A stretch of DNA of 64,000 nt from a virus (lineage: Duplodnaviria; Caudoviricetes). The position numbers were made by a program, and so were the translations under genes. Positions 25,774 to 34,614 of this stretch are shown here, piece after piece; within the stretch, counting starts at the first letter, position 1; each line of letters opens with the position of its first letter. Location of the stretch: the IMG/VR virus record IMGVR_UViG_3300042356_001602; one strand, written 5' to 3'. The notes below the pieces were generated by a model that saw only the letters and a list, made by a program, of their open reading frames with translations, searched no databases and was not told the DNA's origin.

Positions 25774-28152
25774 CTAGATTGAGTTGAGTGCTCGGATGAA
25801 CCAATCAATTGGCTGCTTGGGGCTCTTTGCACTGAACGTGTACAACCACTGGTCGTGATTGGCCTTCGGATACTGACGCTTGGCAACATATGACTGATAA
25901 GCCAGTGCCAGTATCTTGCGGTTCATGTAGTCGACACCCTTGTCTGGGTTGTCATCAATACGAGTGAACAGATCACATAGGTAATCTACCCATGCTTCTG
26001 CAGTCATGATGCGACGCTTAACACTGATCTTTTGGTGTTCTAGAGCTGCATTGAGCAGTTCTTCTTCTGTCCACTGGATATTGAACAGCACCTCTGGCTC
26101 AACAAGCGTTGCATTCAGGTGGTCTGACATTTCGGAAACAGTGGTTCGCACCAGTATTTCTCGTTGGATATGCATCTGGCACCAAGGAGACTCTTCAACC
26201 GTAGTGGTTTCAAGGTCCTTAGCATGCACCTCTGGCATACGAGTTACCATCCAGAACATATCCATCTTGGTACCGTTAAGACCATTTGTTTCACGGATTT
26301 GGCGGTATAGTTCACCAACCCATTGTGCAATGAGCTTTACGTCAGCAACAGTAGCGAGTCCCTGTTCAATGCCGTCAATGATGTCTTCGTTACGAGCAAC
26401 AGGATTCTTGATGTATTCGTTGATTAGAGCATGCCAAAGGATCTTGGGCAGTACTGCAGAACCAACTCCACCAGGGAATGCCATTGCCACTAGTCGACTA
26501 CGTCCTTCATCTCCCAGAGAATACTCAGGGTTGATCTTCAGAATAGAGCTACCAGGAAGGGTTCCGGGAACAACCAAATTGTTCTCTTCCAGGTACGAAG
26601 ATTGAGGAACAGCCTTGAACAGCTCCTCATAGTCAATGACAGGCGGGAATGCAGTATACCGATGGAATACTGGGCCATAGTTCTCGATTGGGATCATTGA
26701 CCATTCACCAAAGTCATTTGGGTTACGGAGAATGAACGCCATAAGCTTGATGTTCCCATCAGCAAAGCGAACTAGTCGGACATGGATCTTCCATGTATCG
26801 TCTAGGTCATCCCCACCATGGTTGATGTGGTTCTTCTCGAAGTACTTACCAGGTACCGCAAAGCAGTGTGTCTTCTTGTGGTAATAGCCACAGTCATTGT
26901 ACACATTCTTGAATCCGAAGATTGAGAGTGCTTCTTGAGTCATTACGTGAGTGGCATATGCCCATTCAACCGGGAACCAGTGATACTGCTTATGACGCCA
27001 TACATTGCCCATGCCTTCATTTCCTTCGTTAGCACCAAGGAATGACCGCTTCAAACCATTTACTGTCAACCAGCGAAGTGTTTGTGTTGCATTAAATGGG
27101 ATTCCAGCTTGATCAAGATCACGAACAGCCTTTTGCACAATCTCAAGCGTAGAGACAGGTCGACGGAATTCATCTTCCTCACTAGCTTGATACTGGGCAA
27201 CAGCATTGTTGTTATCTACCAAGGTAGTCATGAACTTGAATTGGTTACCTTCTGCAAGGTCGACCTTTGCTTGTTCAAGAGTACCTATTAGGCCACGAAT
27301 GACATCTTCTTGAGTATACAGACCATTTACCTTCTGGTAGATGGCCATGGTAAGGTCATCACTCTTGACAGGGATAGCCGAGTACGACGGTTCGATTGTA
27401 GCAAACTGCCAACCCTTAGTGCTGATCTCGGGCTTGATGTTGGGACCAAAGGTCTTGATATCGTACCCATCCATCATCTTATCTGGGAGGACTAGAGCAT
27501 TGCCCTTGATCAACCCATCTTTCATGAGGACTCGGATCTGAACTACTGATGTTTGACCATCAAGGATTAGTGCAATCTGTTTGTTGATCCATTCACGTGA
27601 TGCACGATGGTTACTCACAACACAGCGTATAGCAAAGCTTTGGCTGATTGCGGAGATTCCATCTACATCACTATCGATGTACCCAAGATCTAGGTGGTCG
27701 ATAGTTTGAACCTTGATGTTGCCATCGGGATCATATGTCCACATGCATGACATGCGAACAATTTCAGCCAACCGCTTGCTCATCTTCTTTGAGTTCTTGA
27801 TCACAAGACCAACCTCATCGAGTCCAGCAAGCCACGTTGTCGTACGTCCACGATGGGGCTTCACACCTTTGATCCGCACTGTGTACTGATCTGATGAGTT
27901 GCTCCAACGCAGGATTTCTGAATTGGCTAGGATTGGCATAGCTGTAGGATCCTGTGAAGGAACCACACCATGCCATTGTTTTTGGATCTTTCGCACTTCG
28001 ATCCGGTAATGATCCGGAAAGAATTGCTCAAGAAAGGCGGGCCAATAAGGACCACCATCGAACTCCTCAAGAACTTTATCATTCTCAAGGAGAGGGACCG
28101 CAGTGATGAGCCGGAACCAGCCATCATTACGTTTGATAATACCATGAAACAT
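25774..28152 (-). CDS. single-subunit two-barrel RNA polymerase-like protein (YonO/RdRP-like), paralog A
   Basis: DVDGISAIS, VQIR...LIKG (RdRP-type DG..IS/QIR/KG); NHGGDDLDD; ILRNPNDFGEW. Confidence 0.78.
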   Translation of the reverse strand: MFHGIIKRNDGWFRLITAVPLLENDKVLEEFDGGPYWPAFLEQFFPDHYRIEVRKIQKQWHGVVPSQDPTAMPILANSEILRWSNSSDQYTVRIKGVKPHRGRTTTWLAGLDEVGLVIKNSKKMSKRLAEIVRMSCMWTYDPDGNIKVQTIDHLDLGYIDSDVDGISAISQSFAIRCVVSNHRASREWINKQIALILDGQTSVVQIRVLMKDGLIKGNALVLPDKMMDGYDIKTFGPNIKPEISTKGWQFATIEPSYSAIPVKSDDLTMAIYQKVNGLYTQEDVIRGLIGTLEQAKVDLAEGNQFKFMTTLVDNNNAVAQYQASEEDEFRRPVSTLEIVQKAVRDLDQAGIPFNATQTLRWLTVNGLKRSFLGANEGNEGMGNVWRHKQYHWFPVEWAYATHVMTQEALSIFGFKNVYNDCGYYHKKTHCFAVPGKYFEKNHINHGGDDLDDTWKIHVRLVRFADGNIKLMAFILRNPNDFGEWSMIPIENYGPVFHRYTAFPPVIDYEELFKAVPQSSYLEENNLVVPGTLPGSSILKINPEYSLGDEGRSRLVAMAFPGGVGSAVLPKILWHALINEYIKNPVARNEDIIDGIEQGLATVADVKLIAQWVGELYRQIRETNGLNGTKMDMFWMVTRMPEVHAKDLETTTVEESPWCQMHIQREILVRTTVSEMSDHLNATLVEPEVLFNIQWTEEELLNAALEHQKISVKRRIMTAEAWVDYLCDLFTRIDDNPDKGVDYMNRKILALAYQSYVAKRQYPKANHDQWLYTFSAKSPKQPIDWFIRALNSI

Positions 28153-28203
28153 GATACTCTCGCTTTCTGTTGAATTGGAGGCTTCAACATAGCCTTTGTT
28201 TTG

Positions 28204-28251
28204 TGGATAGGGTCTAGATTCAAGGTCTATAGTCTATCCATAAAGAGAAAA
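28204..28251 (-). promoter_or_regulatory. class I cassette motif a (T-tract-ATGGATAG-hairpin), upstream of RNAP A
   Basis: TTTTCTCTTT-ATGGATAG...CTATCCA. Confidence 0.7.
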
Positions 28252-28316
28252 CCCCTTTCGGGGCCCTCTCTTCTTCCAACAGAATGCTGTTAGGTAGGTC
28301 TCGTTGAATCCAACGA

Positions 28317-28760
28317 CTAGAGGATGTCACCATCTTCTTTGTCGTTGTAGTCCCCAAGAAGCTTCCGGAGCTCCTCTGAGACGCCCATGGATGAACCAAG
28401 AACATCAAGAGTCTTTTCTCCGTTAGCCCACACTGAAGCTGCAAAGCCATTAATAGCTACACCATCTTTGATGTAGTTGTTCGGCTTTACTTCCGTAAGA
28501 GTGAACTCGTCACACTTCAGAACCAACTTCAACCCAGCTGCTTTTGCCTTAGCAAATGCATCAGCCATCAATTCGAGCTTGTCGGGAAAGATTGTCATCT
28601 TTACCTTGAGCGTCTTGGCTTGTGCCTCGGTTACTCCCTTTGCAGAGAGCAAGTCCGGGGTCAGCCCAATCAGGACAGTCCAGAAGACTGATCCATCCTT
28701 CATGTTATTGATAGCTGGTGCTGTGTTGACGTACAAGTACGCCTTCTTTGTTGCTGACAT
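28317..28760 (-). CDS. beta-rich protein with acidic tail (OB-fold/SSB-like?), paralog 2
   Basis: Aligns with 25212..25625; ends DKEDGDIL; start at MSATKK behind GGAGG. Confidence 0.7.
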   Translation of the reverse strand: MSATKKAYLYVNTAPAINNMKDGSVFWTVLIGLTPDLLSAKGVTEAQAKTLKVKMTIFPDKLELMADAFAKAKAAGLKLVLKCDEFTLTEVKPNNYIKDGVAINGFAASVWANGEKTLDVLGSSMGVSEELRKLLGDYNDKEDGDIL

Positions 28761-28871
28761 GACAACCTCCAAGTTGTATGTAGAACGCATATGCACGGAA
28801 TGTACATATGACTACTATTTACTCGTTTAACCTGGAGCTGTTAAGCCACAGGACCCGCACTAAGTACTGGC

Positions 28872-28907
28872 TGGATATAGATCTAGGATCTACCCATAAA
28901 AAAAAGA
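28872..28907 (-). promoter_or_regulatory. class I cassette motif b
   Basis: TCTTTTTTTT-ATGGGTAGATC-CTA-GATCTATATCCA. Confidence 0.7.
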
Positions 28908-29004
28908 TTTAAGCTCTAGGTCTAGGGTCACGTCCCAATGTATTAGCGATAGTTGCACTAGTGATAGTTTTATTATTTAATAATATGATCCATGTCATGA
29001 CGAA

Positions 29005-29283
29005 TCACTCCTCGATCTCATCAAAGAGACTTGGCTTGTGAAACCATGGGCAGACAGGAGTTGGTTGGACTTTCCTGTCATGCATGTAGATGAATTGATA
29101 GCACGCCCGGCACAAGATCAATCTGTTAGGATTGTTTGATGTAAACGTGTCATACTGGCGATCATCCAGTCCATGGCTACGACATTCATCGCATTCTTTC
29201 ATTCCGCTGTATTGCCAGGTACGACGGCTCTTTTTCTTGTTGTATGACATTTCTGTCTCCTTTTTGTTATTGTTGTTTTTCAT
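29005..29283 (-). CDS. Zn-finger (HNH-like?) hypothetical protein
   Basis: CDEC...LCRAC; start uncertain. Confidence 0.6.
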   Translation of the reverse strand: MKNNNNKKETEMSYNKKKSRRTWQYSGMKECDECRSHGLDDRQYDTFTSNNPNRLILCRACYQFIYMHDRKVQPTPVCPWFHKPSLFDEIEE

Positions 29284-29284
29284 G

Positions 29285-31159
29285 TTATTGTTCCCAGTAG
29301 TTGTTCATTGTTACTTTTAGTTCATCTTTCAAGAATTTCACAATTGGCTTACGTGTTTCTTCAGGAAGAGGCTGATTGTGCTTGCCAAGCAACTGTGTCA
29401 TGTCGCCATTTACAGGAACTTCAAGTGTACCAATATAGGCAACGTTGTTCTGAATCTCTGCATGACCGATCCATTGACCTTCAATGTCCTTGAACCCAAT
29501 GATGATTGTTTGACCATTGTAAACACGATCTGCATAAGAGCCAATGCAATTGTTCTGAGTAGCTCCCCATTCAACAAGGTCATGCGTCATTTTAGGAACA
29601 ATCATCTGAATTCCTTCTGCAATCCACTTTCCATCAAATTCTGCAAATGTGTTATAGAACTTGGTCTTGGTGAGTTTCTTGTTCTGCGTCTTGATTTTGT
29701 TGTACTCTGCTGTAACAAAGTCATGGATCTCTTCAACATTCATCCTTGATCGTGCCACGTGCTGCTTAATTGCAGTTCTGTGATTGCGACTCTTTATCGC
29801 AGTAAACATATGTGCTGCATCAACAGCGTGCTGCCCATTTAAATACAAATGACCAAGATCTTTGTCAGGTGTAAACATTTGCAAGAGATATTCATCCTTA
29901 TAACCAAAGTCCCGAAAGAATGCCTTAAAACGTTTTCTCATTACAGGACTTGAGTTATAGCGCATGTAGTTACAGACTACGTCAAGATCCAACTTCTCTA
30001 ATACTTGAGGGTTGAACCCACGCGCAATGATCAATAAGTTGATAGCTCCACGAAGATGATCCAATGTCTTGATGTTATTGATGTCACCAAAGATCTTCTT
30101 AGTTACTCCATGAGGATGCATGTAAGCCTTATTCAAGATCTTCTTAGTGGACATCTCTCCACCAATCCAGTAGATATCGCTCTGGGTAATTCCATTTGGA
30201 TACAGACCTACTGATGTACCACCATACTCAGTTGGCATGTACTTGAGGATTTTCAATACATCTTCTTCCTTAATCAACTGATCACGCAGACCGAGCATTG
30301 TGATCTCAATTGCGGCATCGGTTGGAACCAATTTCTTCCTTGCCATCTGACTGTAACCAATACCCCAAATGGGAGCACCTGTCTTCTTGTTCTTCCACAT
30401 GAGACGATAACCGTTATCAGTCTTGTTCATGAATAGAACTCCAGGCCACTTCTTCTCATAGTGCTGACCTCTGGTGTTGATGGTTGCTGTTTTGAACTCA
30501 ACAATCCAACCAGCTTTTTCTCCAGGCATTTCAGATACATACATCTGATTGATGGAGACGTAATCAAACAACTTGGAATCCTGATACTCATCTCCATATG
30601 TTTGTTCAAGTTTCAAGACCCGCTTGGTACGTGAACCTTTTTGCATGGATCGAGTTGAATATGCATGAAGTGGAGAGAAATCGTCTTCACCAGAAACGTA
30701 CACACCCAATTTGTCTACCTTCTCATTGAACTTCTTAATGGCATTTCTTGCATCCAAGTAGTTGTCATTAATAAGTGCCAATGATTCTATTACTTCAATC
30801 TTGGACAGAGGAGTTTGCTTTAAAATACGAGCTTTTGGGAAAGAACGATCATTGCCCACCACAGTCATAATGCTTAAACGATGATCCATCTCAGCTTGAT
30901 TCATTACGTGTTGGATTTGACTGATATCAAGTATCGCCTTTGCCAAGTCCATTGAATCCATTTCTGCTGGATTGATGCCTGCAAACCAGAGGTTGTATTC
31001 CTCTAGCGTGCCTGTTCTTGTTTTGATTGTGAGCTTCATGGGCTCGGTCTCCTTTTCTATCGGGAATGGGTTTGTCTCTTGTGGAGAGGGGATTGGTGGT
31101 TTTGGATAGTGGGTGGATGGGACATCAGTTTGCTCGAAACTGTTCATGGTTACCTCCAT
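29285..31159 (-). CDS. PcfJ-like domain protein
   Basis: C-terminal PK...DLVEWG..QNNCIGSY...V..G...I motif. Confidence 0.7.
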   Translation of the reverse strand: MEVTMNSFEQTDVPSTHYPKPPIPSPQETNPFPIEKETEPMKLTIKTRTGTLEEYNLWFAGINPAEMDSMDLAKAILDISQIQHVMNQAEMDHRLSIMTVVGNDRSFPKARILKQTPLSKIEVIESLALINDNYLDARNAIKKFNEKVDKLGVYVSGEDDFSPLHAYSTRSMQKGSRTKRVLKLEQTYGDEYQDSKLFDYVSINQMYVSEMPGEKAGWIVEFKTATINTRGQHYEKKWPGVLFMNKTDNGYRLMWKNKKTGAPIWGIGYSQMARKKLVPTDAAIEITMLGLRDQLIKEEDVLKILKYMPTEYGGTSVGLYPNGITQSDIYWIGGEMSTKKILNKAYMHPHGVTKKIFGDINNIKTLDHLRGAINLLIIARGFNPQVLEKLDLDVVCNYMRYNSSPVMRKRFKAFFRDFGYKDEYLLQMFTPDKDLGHLYLNGQHAVDAAHMFTAIKSRNHRTAIKQHVARSRMNVEEIHDFVTAEYNKIKTQNKKLTKTKFYNTFAEFDGKWIAEGIQMIVPKMTHDLVEWGATQNNCIGSYADRVYNGQTIIIGFKDIEGQWIGHAEIQNNVAYIGTLEVPVNGDMTQLLGKHNQPLPEETRKPIVKFLKDELKVTMNNYWEQ

Positions 31160-31185
31160 GTTGGGACCTGGCGAAGGTCTTGGTT

Positions 31186-31203
31186 CTAGCCATAAAAAAA
31201 AGA
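31186..31203 (-). promoter_or_regulatory. class I cassette motif c
   Basis: TCTTTTTTTT-ATGGCTAG. Confidence 0.65.
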
Positions 31204-31256
31204 TTTTGATATTATAAATATAGTTATAGGATTAAAGGCTAATATTACTCACACGC

Positions 31257-31688
31257 CTACCACCAAACCTTTGCATCGATTACATTCAACCCAAGGCTCT
31301 TCATCATCTCCAGGTTAGGATCTTCGTCATCCATGGCCCATTGGAGATCGTATTTCTTCATTAGCATGTTAATCATATTCTCCTTATATTTCCTGCTGCT
31401 AATACCATCCCACCTTAGAGGCCTGTGCCAGATCGAATCAACTAAATGATCAATCTCTAATTGCCGCAACTTCTTCCAAGTATTAACCTTGCAATTCTGT
31501 CCACGTGCAGTTAAGAACACAAGCTCATAGCCCATCAATTTAAAGGCTTGAAGCATAGCTATACCCCCATCTAGTGCATCTGCATTGAGCGTTTCTTGTA
31601 CCCACTGGTCATTACGCTCCATTGACCAGTTTGGTGTGACACTCACAAGAGTGCCGTCGATGTCCACAAGGACAGCTTTTGGTTTCAT
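31257..31688 (-). CDS. HAD-family phosphatase (PNKP phosphatase-like)
   Basis: VLVDIDGTL, FLTARG, AMDDE. Confidence 0.85.
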   Translation of the reverse strand: MKPKAVLVDIDGTLVSVTPNWSMERNDQWVQETLNADALDGGIAMLQAFKLMGYELVFLTARGQNCKVNTWKKLRQLEIDHLVDSIWHRPLRWDGISSRKYKENMINMLMKKYDLQWAMDDEDPNLEMMKSLGLNVIDAKVWW

Positions 31689-31700
31689 GATTTTCTCCGA

Positions 31701-31748
31701 TCACTAGGGCCTAGACTTGATGTCTAGTGACTACCCATAAAAGAAAAA
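31701..31748 (-). promoter_or_regulatory. class I cassette motif d
   Basis: Terminator hairpin then TTTTTCTTTT-ATGGGTAG followed by CTAG-rich stems. Confidence 0.7.
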
Positions 31749-31782
31749 CCTGGGAACTGACCCCAGGTATTCTTTCTCGCAT

Positions 31783-31971
31783 TTAAGCTGATCGCTTGTT
31801 GCAGAATTGACAAGGTGCATCGGTGTTGATACCTTTAACCCCATTGTCGTTCGTCCATTCAGTTGCTTGCCAACCTACTGGATTTGGTCCGTATTGCTTT
31901 TTGATTGCATTGTTCATACAATCTTTACAGGAAACTGTTACTCCCCTGTATGCATACATCCATTCTTTCAT
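31783..31971 (-). CDS. small Zn-finger protein
   Basis: CKDC...CQFC. Confidence 0.65.
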   Translation of the reverse strand: MKEWMYAYRGVTVSCKDCMNNAIKKQYGPNPVGWQATEWTNDNGVKGINTDAPCQFCNKRSA

Positions 31972-32005
31972 GATATACCCCTTTCAAAAGGTAGATTATT
32001 TTGTT

Positions 32006-32055
32006 TGAGCAGGACATCCCTTCTTGGGACCTAAGACCTACTCATAAAAAGAAAA
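32006..32055 (-). promoter_or_regulatory. class I cassette motif e
   Basis: TTTTCTTTTT-ATGAGTAGG...CCTGCTCA hairpin. Confidence 0.7.
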
Positions 32056-32151
32056 CTCCCCGAAGGGAGTCTTCTTAATCACCAATTATAATAATATGTA
32101 TAGGATGGTAAATCCTCTTATACTCAGTGGCTATTAAGCTAACTGAGTGGT

Positions 32152-32361
32152 TTAGCCTTCAGCCAAATGAGTGGTACCGACAACGGTTCCAGCAGGAGAT
32201 GACAAGAGCGTAATGTAGTGAGTCTTCGCATCAGCGAATGCTTTGCAATTTTTGTCGTCAATAGACATTGTTGACAAACGCTCCTCAGTGTACGCAAGTA
32301 GACGCACCGCATACTCTCTTGATATTTCCGTAGACATTGCTGTCTCCTTCGGGATGAACAT
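32152..32361 (-). CDS. hypothetical protein
   Basis: GGAGG ribosome-binding site. Confidence 0.65.
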   Translation of the reverse strand: MFIPKETAMSTEISREYAVRLLAYTEERLSTMSIDDKNCKAFADAKTHYITLLSSPAGTVVGTTHLAEG

Positions 32362-32407
32362 GTTTTACCTCCATGTTCTAATGCCCACATCGGAGTGATG
32401 CAGGACT

Positions 32408-32439
32408 TGGCAATCGTCAAACTACCCATAAAAGAAAAA
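32408..32439 (-). promoter_or_regulatory. class I cassette motif f
   Basis: TTTTTCTTTT-ATGGGTAGT-TTGACG-ATTGCC. Confidence 0.7.
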
Positions 32440-32524
32440 CCTCCCGAAAGAGGTTCGTCTTTTCTCATTTTATGTTTCCAGGCATGAGTGCCTAGCTGTT
32501 ACACAGCTTAGTCAGCAATTGGAG

Positions 32525-32806
32525 TTATTTGTTACACGCTGGATGCGTGCACGTAACCCCTGCTGAGACCGAACTACTTTCTGATGGGTACCACCGTCCG
32601 AAGTCTACATTCCTGATGAGAACATCAGTGAAGGTAACCTCCTTCTGGCATACCTCACAGACCTTTTTGGTTGTGGGTTTGTAAAACGTCCTGAGACGAG
32701 AATCAATCCAGGTTACCCCGTAATTGAGACAAGTCTCACACGCATACTCCCCACACCCGCAAGGAGTGTAGTTGGCCATGAAATCATCAAGTGTTAAAAA
32801 CACCAT
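32525..32806 (-). CDS. Cys-rich Zn-finger protein
   Basis: CGCG..ACETC, CEVC, CTHPAC; start moved to ATG behind AAAGGAG. Confidence 0.7.
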   Translation of the reverse strand: MVFLTLDDFMANYTPCGCGEYACETCLNYGVTWIDSRLRTFYKPTTKKVCEVCQKEVTFTDVLIRNVDFGRWYPSESSSVSAGVTCTHPACNK

Positions 32807-32872
32807 GACAATCTCCTTTCCCCATGGTTTCACCCATGGATAAAGGCGCACACCGGGTTGGCGTACGACTCG

Positions 32873-32910
32873 GCAATCACCCGTGATGATGACTACCTAT
32901 AAAAGAAAAA
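32873..32910 (-). promoter_or_regulatory. class I cassette motif g
   Basis: TTTTTCTTTT-ATAGGTAGTCA...TGATTGCC. Confidence 0.7.
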
Positions 32911-32994
32911 CCCCAGGGGATTGCCCTGAGGTTCTTCTTGACAGAGTATTTATCTACGCCCCTGACTGGCGCAAGCACAAATGGCTAAACCAAG

Positions 32995-33246
32995 TTAATT
33001 ACTTGGTAGTTGGATAAGTTGTCCTGGGTAAATGGTTGAGCCACCAATAAGCTTTACTGTCTTATTCCTGGCATTCTCCAAGTTCCCTGTACAACCATTT
33101 TCCTTGAGTACATCCCATACTGTGTCGTTTTGTTGAACGATAACAGTAACGGATGGGCAAGTGAATTGTTCGTTAGACTCAAGCACTTTGACTAATCCGA
33201 AGATTACCAAAGTAGCAAGAACCCAACGTACTATGGTTTTACGCAT
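32995..33246 (-). CDS. membrane-anchored LysM-domain protein
   Basis: N-terminal TM; VIVQQNDTVW...N.......IYPGQLIQLP. Confidence 0.8.
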   Translation of the reverse strand: MRKTIVRWVLATLVIFGLVKVLESNEQFTCPSVTVIVQQNDTVWDVLKENGCTGNLENARNKTVKLIGGSTIYPGQLIQLPSN

Positions 33247-33264
33247 GGATACTTTCCTCCTTTC

Positions 33265-33310
33265 TGAATAGATGGCCTACCAAGCCTAGAATCTATCCAT
33301 AAAAAAAAGA
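33265..33310 (-). promoter_or_regulatory. class I cassette motif h
   Basis: TCTTTTTTTT-ATGGATAGAT...ATCTATTCA. Confidence 0.7.
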
Positions 33311-33320
33311 ACGTACATAA

Positions 33321-33489
33321 GAGGGTATACCCCCGTACCCTCGTTAAAACTTTACAACACATATACTATTCACTATTACCACCCTGAAAATTTTCCCCTA
33401 TTTCTAAAGCCTATTTGTTTTATACCTGTATATAGGTTTTCTTCAAATACCGTTCGCTCTCAAAATTTTTCCCCTAAAAATTCTCCCTA
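33321..33489. repeat. strand-switch region with hairpin and three AAAATT(T/C)TCCC(C)TA repeats
   Basis: Hairpin 33321-33342; repeats at 33387, 33462, 33476. Confidence 0.55.
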
Positions 33490-33576
33490 CGAGTTGCTAA
33501 CACACAAAACCACTGATAAGTTATCTCTCAAGTCGGAAATCGCCGGCAAAACAATACAGAAAGTAAAACTACTACA

Positions 33577-33726
33577 ATGACTATAGATCCAGAGAACATG
33601 ATCCTAGAAACTACAGATACCGTAGAGACGTTCCTATCTGACTATATGAAGTCTGATTACGACTCATACAGATCAGCCTACGGTGATACCGAATACGATT
33701 CAGACAACTACGGATACGATTACTAA
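33577..33726 (+). CDS. acidic Tyr-rich peptide (49 aa)
   Basis: Manual translation MTIDPENMILE...YDSDNYGYDY. Confidence 0.55.
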   Translation: MTIDPENMILETTDTVETFLSDYMKSDYDSYRSAYGDTEYDSDNYGYDY

Positions 33727-33763
33727 TCGATCCTTATACAATAGATAGAAAGACCACTCACTA

Positions 33764-34324
33764 ATGACAAATCCAACAATGCCAAATAATATAATGGTAG
33801 GCTCAGAGAAGTTGTTCAGAACAAAAGCTCCCTGGAGACTAGATAGTTCCTTCATAGGACAGCTATCTAAAGATCACAGATTATTATTGTTTAAAACAAT
33901 GTTCTCAGACGTAGACTACAGACATAGCGTAAATGTAAAGAAAATCTCTAAGAAGCTATATAATATCTCACAGATCAAACATGAACACCTGACTTTTATA
34001 GGACTGGGTCAAGATACACAAGTATTATTAGATCTGTATAATAAGTATGGATTCAAGTTTGATACAGCTATACTGATTAACAATACTATACCTATACACA
34101 AACTAGATCCTCTACTTGAATTTTGTGCGGTCTATAACTTTTGGACTAAAGATATGGGCTTTGACAACCGCATTGAATGGGCCGAGATCAATGAGTGCGT
34201 AAGAACAAAAATTCCAGCTCACCTCTCGAACAGATTAGCTCTAGAAGTGGCTGGATGTTTAATATATGAAAGATACGAACTAACGCATCTAGAGAACAAT
34301 TATTCTAAGATATTATATGTTTAG
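33764..34324 (+). CDS. hypothetical protein
   Basis: ORF track. Confidence 0.7.
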   Translation: MTNPTMPNNIMVGSEKLFRTKAPWRLDSSFIGQLSKDHRLLLFKTMFSDVDYRHSVNVKKISKKLYNISQIKHEHLTFIGLGQDTQVLLDLYNKYGFKFDTAILINNTIPIHKLDPLLEFCAVYNFWTKDMGFDNRIEWAEINECVRTKIPAHLSNRLALEVAGCLIYERYELTHLENNYSKILYV

Positions 34325-34614
34325 TCTTCGTAATCATTAGGATTGAATGTAAATACATTGGGAATGTCTTTAGCAAGTGATCTGACGACATCTTCTTGAG
34401 GTTGTTTAGTCAAACTTACTAAGTCTTCAACAATTTCCCATTGAGCAGTAGAAAAGACGGCTAGAGTAATCTGGCCGTCTTCTTCGTGTAACACCGTAAT
34501 AACAGAGTCTTCCATATCAGGAATGTCATCTAGGTTAACTAGGAACTCCCCCGAATCACCACCCATCTCACCAGAGACTATGATTCTCTTCATTAACTCT
34601 ATGAAATATTCCAT
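34321..34614 (-). CDS. acidic hypothetical protein
   Basis: ORF track. Confidence 0.7.
   Translation of the reverse strand: MEYFIELMKRIIVSGEMGGDSGEFLVNLDDIPDMEDSVITVLHEEDGQITLAVFSTAQWEIVEDLVSLTKQPQEDVVRSLAKDIPNVFTFNPNDYED

Noticed and set aside
24715-28210. CTATCCACA copies as DnaA boxes
   Set aside because: They mismatch the TTATCCACA consensus, are few, and are explained as hairpin arms.
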